Source of the DNA: the human T2T-CHM13v2.0 reference genome, Homo sapiens
DNA length: 64,000 nucleotides
Reading direction: 5' to 3' (one strand)
Assembly: GCF_009914755.1 (NCBI RefSeq)
Contig: NC_060926.1
The notes under the pieces: generated by a model
Told to the model about the DNA's origin: nothing
Seen by the model: the letters and a program-made list of their open reading frames with translations, nothing else
The model's database searches: none
Shown: positions 51,390 through 64,000 of the stretch, in pieces
How the letters are laid out: each line of letters starts with the position of its first letter
How positions within the stretch are numbered: the first letter of the stretch is position 1
Made by a program: the position numbers and the translations under genes

Positions 51390-51599
51390 CTGAGAAAGAA
51401 ATGAAAAAGAATCTAATTGCTTTTGAATTTTAAAAAAGTAATTAAAAGCAATTAAGACTTATGGCTACACAATATATTGCAGTTCATGGAATACTTTGGG
51501 AAGTCTGATAAGAGGAAAGCCATCATTCTGACAAATATCAGTGGTCAACCATTTCATTGTTCAGGGCTCTATTGATGTATCTTGCTCATGACTGCCTAC

Positions 51600-51635
51600 C
51601 TTCAAACCTGGACGCCCTGGTTGGCCCGGAGGTCC
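51600..51635 (-). CDS. COL4A4: COL4A4 exon 11 (36 bp), GPPGQPGRPGLK
   Basis: tttag|GGA acceptor; AAG|gtaggc donor. Confidence 0.95.
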
Positions 51636-51990
51636 CTAAATCAAGGGAGAAAAAAACACAAATCAATCATCAGGCATAGAAATCAGAATGTGCCTTCTTT
51701 TGTTACCCCAAAATAGGGTCCTATTTAGGAAACCCTTAATTTTAAAACATGCAGTGATGGAGTTTCTATCATGGATGGGCTGTTTTCTGTGAAGATGATG
51801 TCAGTGGCTCATCCGCAGGGACCTGTGCTTCAAGATGGAGTCCCACTGATAATGGTGGGTTTTCACTGATTCATCGATTATAATCTCTCAAACGGCCCAC
51901 CTGTGTCTGACCCAAAATGGCAATGTTGCTTCTTTATTTTCATGTAGAATCTGGTTTTTAAAGGGATCACATCAGCAGTGCTGTACTTAC

Positions 51991-52053
51991 CACTAACCCT
52001 GGCTCTCCAGGATATCCTGTGGGACCTGCCGGTCCTCCTGCACCCCAAGATCC
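51991..52053 (-). CDS. COL4A4: COL4A4 exon 10 (63 bp), GSWGAGGPAGPTGYPGEPGLV
   Basis: tttag|GGA acceptor; GTG|gtaagt donor. Confidence 0.96.
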
Positions 52054-52234
52054 CTAAACATGAGAAAAATCAGTGCATCTGTTACCCAAAATTGTAATCA
52101 TCTTTCACAGAAAGAGTTGCGTGTGATCCCATGTGGATAAAAACCTCTAAAGAAATCACAGCCGCCAGCACATCTGCCCTGCTAGGACATTTTCAACAGC
52201 AGCTTTGATGCAGCCCTAAAAGGGCACCAAGCAG

Positions 52235-52578
<344 letters not shown>

Positions 52579-53176
52579 TTAGGGTCCAGTTAAGACCCAG
52601 AGATCAATCTACCTATTTACAAATACATCCTGTAATAACAAAAGTGGAGAGCAAAGAAAATGCATTACTACCTACTCCTAAATTCTGTTACAATTTTGAT
52701 ATACATCAGGATGCTTTTAAAGTATTATTATTAATTAACATTATATATTAATGTATTTATACTTTTTAGTATGTTTTTAAAACATGGTCTGCAAGATCTC
52801 AAATTGCGGAAATATAGTCCCTAATTTGAGATCAAGATGAGTCAGCCATACAAAATTTTCTACAACATGTAAGTTGTAACACAACTATACACAAATTGTC
52901 AAGGAAAGGTTACAGCCAGGCTAGCCTGGAAGTGTGGAGAGATGTTCCCCGGGCTCCTGCTGACTCTGCCCAGGTCAAATGATTGGGGAGTGTATAATGA
53001 AATTACTCTGTTTAGGAGGATGAACTGATATTTATTTTAACAGCAACATTGAGGTATCACATTTATTACATGGACCTGAGCTTCAATCGTAGTAAGGAAA
53101 CCAGCCCAGGAAAGTCGTTCCATCACTAGCCAGAAGTTACAGGGCAAAATTATAGCTTAACTTTTGGAAGGCAAAA

Positions 53177-53801
<625 letters not shown>

Positions 53802-53817
53802 TAATCATTGAATTGCT

Positions 53818-53971
53818 GGTCTGGGCGGCCCTCGGTGCCCCTACAGAAAACAAAATTATAAGTGAAGCATTTTTGCAAAAATATCATAACACAAAGATTA
53901 TGCACTATGAATACTCAAATTGTGGCATTTGTGATTCACACATTTACTGTTTAGTTTTGTGAAACTTTCTC
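53818..53971 (-). repeat. Dispersed duplicate of the exon 7 start plus intron 6 3' end (source 61504-61657)
   Basis: Ungapped hand alignment, offset 7686, about 12 mismatches in 154 bp. Confidence 0.95.
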
Positions 53972-54214
53972 ACATCAGAAACATCAGAGAGATGAAGATG
54001 GGCAAAATATTAAATATAATATACAAATACTGATTCACCAGGCAAAATGGTAGCGAGAAGCAATGCAAGATTATTCTAGCTGGTATATATTATACATGTA
54101 GTTGCTAAGTGGACTCACTTTCCTAAATATTAAGTGGCTGCATATACCTGAGTAATGTCACGAGATCATTAGAAGACAGAAGAGGAAGGCAGGAGGGAGC
54201 TTGATGAGCTTCAA

Positions 54215-54371
54215 GTACAGCTTCATGGGCATGAGACTGGTGCAGTTACACAGGGCCCCATGCTTCATGTTCTGTGGTCGCCATCTTGAAATGCTTAATA
54301 ATTTTTGAACAGGGAACCCACATTTTCATTTTGCACTAGGTGAGCCGCACAAATTATGTAGCTGGCTTTGC
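54215..54371. mobile_element. MER45A-like hAT element
   Basis: GCTTCATGGGC...CACAGGGCCCC...CATTTTCATTTTGCACT...AAATTATGTAGC. Confidence 0.7.
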
Positions 54372-54442
54372 TGGGATTAAAACGTGGATCATAGGCTATT
54401 TGAGGAGGAAATAGAAGCATAGAGCCTGCTCAGGAGACTTAC

Positions 54443-54478
54443 TGGTAAGCCAGGCAGTCCTGGGTCCCCTCTGTCTCC
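54443..54478 (-). CDS. COL4A4: COL4A4 exon 9 (36 bp), GDRGDPGLPGLP
   Basis: ttgcag|GGA acceptor; CCA|gtaagt donor. Confidence 0.95.
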
Positions 54479-54994
54479 CTGCAAAAATAAGAATGCATTG
54501 CTTTAAGTCCACACAATGTTCCTAAAACAGAGATTATGTAAAAATAGAAATATACACAAAATTATCTGGACTCATCTAACTGCAGTTTGTTCAATTTTTT
54601 TGGTGTTGACTAAAATTGAGGAAGGGATATGCGGAGGTGATTTTCCTTCTCCTTAAGCTCTGAATTCTCCTTCTACCCAACAGAGAAAGGTCGCTGAAGT
54701 AATGACATGGAATCAAAATGAGATTTTTTCTTTGTTTAAATTGTTCTAAATTCTCAATCCAGTGGTCCCGTTTCCTCACAGTTTACCTGTTGCTGGTGTC
54801 TTTCCACACCTTGCTATGCTTTATAAACATCTTGACCCCCTTGACTACCCTAGAGTGGACAGAAAAGAAACTCAGGTGGAAATTGCCTCACACCAGCCTC
54901 TGTCTACTTCTATCGCCTTGTGACTCTGTGCTGAGACTCAACCTACTTTAAAAGATCAAAGGCTATATATTCTCTTGAATGAAGCCTCTTTTTT

Positions 54995-56035
<1,041 letters not shown>

Positions 56036-56934
56036 ATAGACTCTTAAGAGCATTGTCTCTCAAAGGTTATTGATCTACAGATCATTTTTATTAGGGATCT
56101 TCTGTTTCCCCTTAAGATAAGGAATTCTCTATATTCATCCCCCTTCTATATTTGTATGTCACATGTCCTCTATTACCACAATTACAAAAAAATGCTCACT
56201 ATAACTAATATGGGACATTACCATTTACAATGTGCTGCAATATAAATTATTATAACAGTCTTAACAACACTAAGAAAGGGGCAGGGTAAATATTATTTTA
56301 ATCTTCTTTCACAAATAACGAACATGAGGCTGAGGAGGTTAAGGGAGTTGCTTAAAGTCACAGTGGAGAGTAAGCCTCAGTTCTCTCCTTCCAATACACC
56401 ATCCTGGTTCCTAGAATGACCCTGCTGTTGACGTTTAGTTTATTAATATATCATTTAAGCTATAAACAAATCCATCGTTCTTGCTGTTTAAGAAGGACAA
56501 ATAGGCACAGAGGCTACACACATAAACGGTGAGCTTACTAAAGGGATCACTGCTCAGGTGTGTCCATTCTGCGTGGCACAGAACCTAGGGTCTCATAGAA
56601 GCAATCTAGGACTAGTTCTATCTAATTGCTGCAGAATATTCTTCCTTAAGAGAAATGACCACACATCTTGAACATGGGCTGTATTTTCCTGTTAATGCAT
56701 CATTTCCACTGATCCCCATCACTCATCCATGGCTTCTCATCTGAGAGATGAGGTGGTCACTCAAGAGTTTATTTCTGAACATTTGGACATCACTCCCTGC
56801 TGAAAACACAACACCATTAAATGTATCAAGCAAAGTGCTATAAGGTTTACATCATTTTCAAGTTCAATAATGGTGACTTTTACTGTACTGGATGGCAAGT
56901 ACTAATATTACAATGTTTTAATTACAAATAAATC

Positions 56935-57143
56935 AGTGGTCCTCCACTGGGGTGATTTCCCCCCAGGGGACATTTGGTAATGTCTGGATATACGCTTTGG
57001 GGAGTTCAGAGGTGGGGGATGCTATTGGCGTCTAATGAGTAGAGGCCAGAGGCCAGGGATTCTGCTCAACATCCTATAATGCACAAGTCAGCCCCACACC
57101 AAATGAATATGTGGCCCACAATGTCAGGAGTTGAGAAACCTTG
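56935..57143. mobile_element. MER20 element
   Basis: CAGTGGTCCTC...CCAGGGGACATTTGG...GAGGCCAGGGAT...GTTGAGAAACCTTG. Confidence 0.78.
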
Positions 57144-57368
57144 AAATAAATACATCCCTTGCAGTTCTGACTAGTTCAGAAGTAATGGAATTTTACAGTG
57201 CTGGAATTTTACTGGCGACTAAAGCCACTGCCTTCACACAAAAGCATGATGCCATCCCTGAGGGTCAGGGTAATGATAAAAATTGGTGTATTCAGGGACA
57301 TTTTGAAGAAAAATCCTGTCTGAGTATTTCCTGCATGGGCTTACCTATTTGGAAGAAAAAATTTTTTA

Positions 57369-57503
<135 letters not shown>

Positions 57504-57969
57504 TTACCATTTCAGTATTTTCTTTTCTATATTAAATATAACTCATCAGTTAAAATTACCATTATTGACATGATTAACAAGAAGACATTTCTGTATCCTC
57601 TTCCATATTATTATCACCCTAAGGTTCTCACATATATTTACTCCATATTCAGTTAAGATCTGTTAAGGAATCTTCTAAGACAGAATATCTACTCATATAT
57701 AGCTATTTAGCAGAAAATTTTCATATTTCCTTACAATATAAAACACATGCATTGTTCCTACAAATAACTAATTTTGCAATTGTTAATTTATGCCCTAGAA
57801 ACAGTAAAACGTATATATATATATAGAGAGAGAGATTTTATCCATTTCAGTACTTGTATTCAAAATAGGCCTAAGAATTATTTTTAAAAACATAACATGT
57901 TCCTTTCAGAAGGTTTTTGTATATAGTTGCTAGTTTGCTTAGGATATTTTTTAAAAGTGAATGAAATAA

Positions 57970-58336
<367 letters not shown>

Positions 58337-58539
58337 CCTACTTCAATTCTTAATATATCTTCTCTTGGTTACCACATAAAAATCCTACCATCTTTATATA
58401 TCAAGCTCATATGAAAGATATATACATTTCAAAGTTAATCTCTCTTAGAGGAGTGCTTGACTTGGCTTCTGATGGGAGATATTTAACAGCATAAGGTTAA
58501 ATTGCATCAACAATTTACTTGAGAAATCAGGTTTGGTAG

Positions 58540-59945
58540 TATCTGCAGTTTTGGCTTTGCACAGTTCCAGTCTGAATGAATTTCAGTTTCATAGTTAAGT
58601 TAAATAACACCAGTTCTCCAACAACATGGTTCAAATTTCAGTCACCATTGTGTATTGAGTACTTGCATAACGTACAAACTTCATTGCTATCCTCTCAGCC
58701 CACAAATCGCTATATAAATAACAGATGTGAATTGTGATTACTGCATGATCACGTGATGTTACCAAAACATGTTGCAAAGAAAGTCAATGACTGAGAGGAC
58801 GACTACTGCCAAGGAAGAAGGCTTTAATTAGGTGCTGCAGCTGAGGAGTTGGGAGATCAGTCTCAAATCCATCTCCTGGACTGACTAAAATTAGGGGTTC
58901 ACATAGCAGGGAAGAAACGTAACAATGTATTGGAAAACAGGACCTAGGTAAGGAAACAAAATCAGGGGTCTGGCATCTCATTGTCTGGATGCCATGATCT
59001 GGTGTGTTTCAGTTCTTTGATACTTCTTGAGAGGCCTGGGGGTCCTCTCCTGAGGAAGGAACTCAGATAAAACACATAGGTTTCAAACTTTAAGATCAGA
59101 AGGATCCATTTCTATGTTGATCCAAAGAACATCTCTGGGACTAATGGGTCAGTTTCAATGATTTCTGTCAAAGTCTGTCTGTGATTGGCCCCTGCACACG
59201 TATTATTCAGAGCACACACACAGACACAGACAGCAAAGTTTGTAGCTGGCTTGCCTCCTTATCTCCCAGCAATAAACCCAAATAACATTTTACAAAAATG
59301 GATAGTTGGAAGAGGAAATCGGCCAATAATGATGAAAATGAAGCAAAGAAATGAAAATGGTAATGCTGGAAATGAAATTCAAATAAAACATAAGTGGAGT
59401 TATAGAAGCAATAGCTGATCATGGGAATAATGAGATTGTTGTCATTTGAGAGACTATTTGCAGCCAGAGGAACTTAGTAAAGAGAAACCAGGAAAGTGGT
59501 TGTGATGAAAAGGATGACAGCGTCCTAGGTAAAGTGACACAGATGAAAACTTCACATTAAAGGAACCCTGAGAGATATTTCACAACACTGGAAACAGATC
59601 CGAACTTAGGAGTATCATACTTCCTCAAAACATAAAAGACATATTCCTTTAGTATCACAAGTTACATGATGAGAAAAAGGCAAGTACTGTTGAAACTACT
59701 CTTGATAAGTTTTTACAAAGAAATAAAACACTTTGGTTCTCAATGCTTCAAATTACAGTATATTAAAGAAATATTTAGTTTTTTCATTTCCTTATATAAC
59801 TGGCAAAGTTTCTAATGTTTTAACAAAACATTTTAAAAGTCATGGGACAATATTAATTTTCTCATCAGTTGATAAGGTTTCTTTGCGTGGTTTTTAGCTT
59901 GCCTGGTCATTCTTACTTTACTGTGCAAAGTGAGGGGTGTCTGTA
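58540..59945. mobile_element. Tigger-family DNA transposon remnant with a nested ERV1-type LTR (~58757-59160)
   Basis: Inverted termini CTTTGCACAGT (~58555) and ACTGTGCAAAG (~59920); internal TGTTACC...GGAGATCAGTCTCAAATCCATCTCC...GTTTCA segment resembles an ERV1 LTR. Confidence 0.6.
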
Positions 59946-61069
59946 TAGTAAATGAGTCAAGGGGAAGTTGGTTGCTTTGCAAAGAGACCATTATGACAAA
60001 CTTCAGGATTGTGGCTGGTACTGCATGCTATGTTAAAGTTAAAACTGAGAACCCTTGCTCTCTTGAATGCTCATGAATCTGTAGAATGAGGTTTGGCCTG
60101 ATTTGAGGAGCTTAATAAATGTGCATTCACCAGACTGCACTTGAGTTTTCAAATGGCTGAGTTTGAAAGTAAAGGATGGTTGAAAAACTTAACAATGAAA
60201 GGTGGTGGATGTTCTTATTTGATACCAGAAGAAAAATGTGAGTATGGAAAATTCTTTTTGAGTTTAGTGTTCAGATCAGTTCCTCTAGAATCTGGAGCAA
60301 AAGGAAGACTCGTGAGTGACAGCAGAATGAATGATTATGGTGGTCATGCTAAGAAAACTTTCTAGAAAGAAACTTGTGAAATGATATTTTATTAAGGAAG
60401 GGAGAAATGCTAAAAAAAAAAAAATCACAGAAAAACAATTTGGAAAGGTCAAATAATCTCTGATCTTTATTTAAGTGAGAAAAAGAAAAAGAGAGAAAGA
60501 AAGGGAATATGGGGGGTAGCTCTTGCTCCAGTTATGTTTAAATGAAAGTCCAAAATTCTGAAGAAAAAAAAAGCTAAGAGCCGTAAGTTTTCCCCCAAGT
60601 GCTGGATACTATCAACTGTTGCTGGACATCCATTCCAAATCTTTTCTAATATATTTTTTTGCATTACAGGGGCTAGAAAGATAAAAACTACATTGCCCAG
60701 ACTCCTTTATAGCTGGATGTGAATTAGGTTCCACCTAGGAGATGTGGAAGGCAGAAGTTTGGAAGAGATTCTCTTCCTGGTCTGTTGTTGCTGCCAAGCA
60801 GGAAAGCAGAAACTTGAGTGTTCTGTTTGCTAGTGTCTAGACGTGGGGTGACAGGCAGTGGTTACAGTGCAGTTACAGCTTCCTGACTCCGGATCTCAGC
60901 TAGCTGTGAACCTTTGAAATCAGTGGTCTCGTGTGGTCCTAAGTTTTACTCTTCCAACTATTATAATAAGTGCCAGAATCCCTGTAGCAGATCCCTTTCT
61001 GTTCAAAATACCTAGTGGGGTTTGTTTCTGCAATTAACCCTGAATGATAAACAATTTACATTTTGCTAC

Positions 61070-61541
<472 letters not shown>

Positions 61542-62350
61542 TTATAAGTGAAGCATTTTTGCGAAAATATCATTACATAAAGGTTATGCAATATGAATAC
61601 TCAAATTATGGCAATTGTGATTCACACATTTACTGTTTAGTTTTGTGAAACTTTCTCTTTACCCCAAAAGGCTACGTAGCATGTAAAAATAAAACCTAAA
61701 TTTTTTTTAAGATAACAAATTTAAACTAATTTAGTTTGCAGTACTCTGGGAAATTGAGGAGGGGACCTTCCTTAAAATCCTTAGAAATACTATAATGAAT
61801 TATAAAGCCCCCACATACCTCTTTTTTTTTTTCCATTCCATTTTCATATGAGAAATGGGAGTATTAAGCTCACTACAAATATTAGGACTCATCAGCAAAT
61901 AAAAACATTCCTTATGAGTATGCATTAATTTCAAGAACATTGTACTTGACATAACAAGTATACCTAGCTCATATTTTGGAATTTTTTCTCTAACCTGTTA
62001 GAAAACGTTGCTTTCCAAGTAAAGTGTTTTGCTCTGGGAGTTATTGTACAAAATGTAAATGTAAACACCCTTTCATGCACTAAAATGAGAAAATATAAAA
62101 AGAGTTTGCTATGTATAATATATACCATGCACCATAACATATATATATCTTGCACCATATTTTATACATGTTATACAATATATAATTAACAGATATTATG
62201 ATATATAAACTATATGTAAGATATAAGATACTATATAAAATATATGTAAGATAGCTATATATCGTATATACTATAGATTTTATATATGTAAAATATAAGA
62301 TACATATTGTATAGTATACATACTATACATATCTTATATATACAATATAT

Positions 62351-62420
62351 TTGGTGCAAAAGTAATTGTGGGGGATTGAAAGTAACAGCAAAAACCGCAA
62401 TTACTTTTGCACCAACCTAA
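62351..62420. mobile_element. MADE1 (Hsmar1-derived MITE) hairpin within a TA-rich tract (62140-62590)
   Basis: TTGGTGCAAAAGTAATTG ... CAATTACTTTTGCACCAACCTAA inverted repeats. Confidence 0.9.
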
Positions 62421-62659
62421 TGTATTCTATATCTTGTATATCTAATATATATCTTTTATATATGTAGATATATATTATGGTGAAAGATATATATATATTA
62501 CGTTGCTTGTGGTATATATAGCAAATATTTGCTATATATAATATATATATTGTGGTTTCTATAAATATATATTTTATGTATATATACATGTGGTTTTAAG
62601 GATTTTGATGAGTACTTCTGCCTTTTTGAAAAAAGTGGAGAAAATTTAGGGATACTTAC

Positions 62660-62704
62660 AGGTATGCCATCTAAACCTGGAAATCCAGGAACACCAGTTG
62701 GACC
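62660..62704 (-). CDS. COL4A4: COL4A4 exon 6 (45 bp), GPTGVPGFPGLDGIP
   Basis: tttag|GGT acceptor; CCT|gtaagt donor. Confidence 0.96.
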
Positions 62705-63420
62705 CTAAAATCCCAGAAAATAAAACAAAGAGATAAAAATTATTAAATTAATAAGCTGATTTACTTGAAAATAGTAACAATTAATTACTCATCTTTAAAC
62801 ATGCTGAGCAGTCATTGTCACCTATTTTTTACATGATGAGTCTAAAAGCCAACATTTAAGAACCAATTCTTGTGCTTTTCTTTTGTACTTGGGAAAACAG
62901 CCTAGCAGTACTGATTTAAGTAAATCATTCAACATGCTGTGAACAGAAATCTAACACTCCGAATCTCGATCCTAGAGTAACAAACCCTTAACTGTGAACA
63001 CAGGCAATTGATAGGATTATTTTTGCACATCTGCACTACCCAAAGTTGGGGTAGAATCTCAAGTGCTCATCAACAGGGAATAAACTATAGTTTTATTCAT
63101 ACTATGGCATATTATACAATGTTTTTTCAGGAATAAGTTCAATCTACATAGCCTGATAAGGAATGGTCTCTAAGACATATTGTTGAGTGAAAAGAGAAAA
63201 CTCAGTGTGATGCATATAATTAATGTCATGTAGGTTTTTTAAAAAGCCATGAAACAATATAACTTCTCACTGGGTACACACATGTATTTAAAGGTCCAGA
63301 AGAGCATGCTCCTCTGGAAAGGGGCCAAAAATGAGGATGAATTATTGCAGAGGAGTTCAGGGACTTCATTTATTATAAGGTTCAAGTATATACTACTCGT
63401 GGTTATAAAACTCCAGTGCT

Positions 63421-63955
<535 letters not shown>

Positions 63956-64000
63956 TTACTGTCTTCTAACACAAACATATACTCATTCAGGCCTACAGAA

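Noticed and set aside
62140-62590. TA-rich region as a minisatellite or functional element
   Set aside because: Irregular low-complexity TA expansion around the MADE1 insertion with no stable unit.

Overview
Human (or very closely related primate) genomic DNA containing the interior of COL4A4 (collagen IV alpha-4) on the minus strand. I traced 25 consecutive coding exons (exons 5-29 in the usual numbering, recalled rather than looked up). They total 2353 nt of uninterrupted Gly-X-Y frame. All introns are GT-AG except intron 21, which is GC-AG. The haplotype carries Ser rather than Pro at codon 482. Introns hold about 20 Alus, several LTRs, DNA transposons and old L1/L2 fragments. The most interesting region is the 15.3-kb intron 25, of which about 13.7 kb is a nested stack of three L1s, all antisense to the gene. 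(1) The oldest L1 (L1PB-type) inserted exactly across the exon 25/intron 25 boundary. Its perfect 15-bp target-site duplication (AAAATTACCTTTCTG at 6932-6946 and 20695-20709) left a second copy of the exon 25 splice donor, now behind a good L1-derived acceptor, which makes it a candidate recursive splice site or poison micro-exon. (2) A nested near-full-length L1PA3 points its antisense promoter and ORF0 in the COL4A4 direction. The first ORF0 splice donor is in frame with exon 26, predicting an ORF0-COL4A4 fusion. Also seen: a ~154-bp copy of the exon 7 acceptor region inside intron 9, closely spaced inverted Alus, Alu pairs flanking phase-0 exon blocks, and a MADE1/miR-548-like hairpin. Repeat subfamily names are from recalled consensus sequences, and all functional claims are hypotheses.
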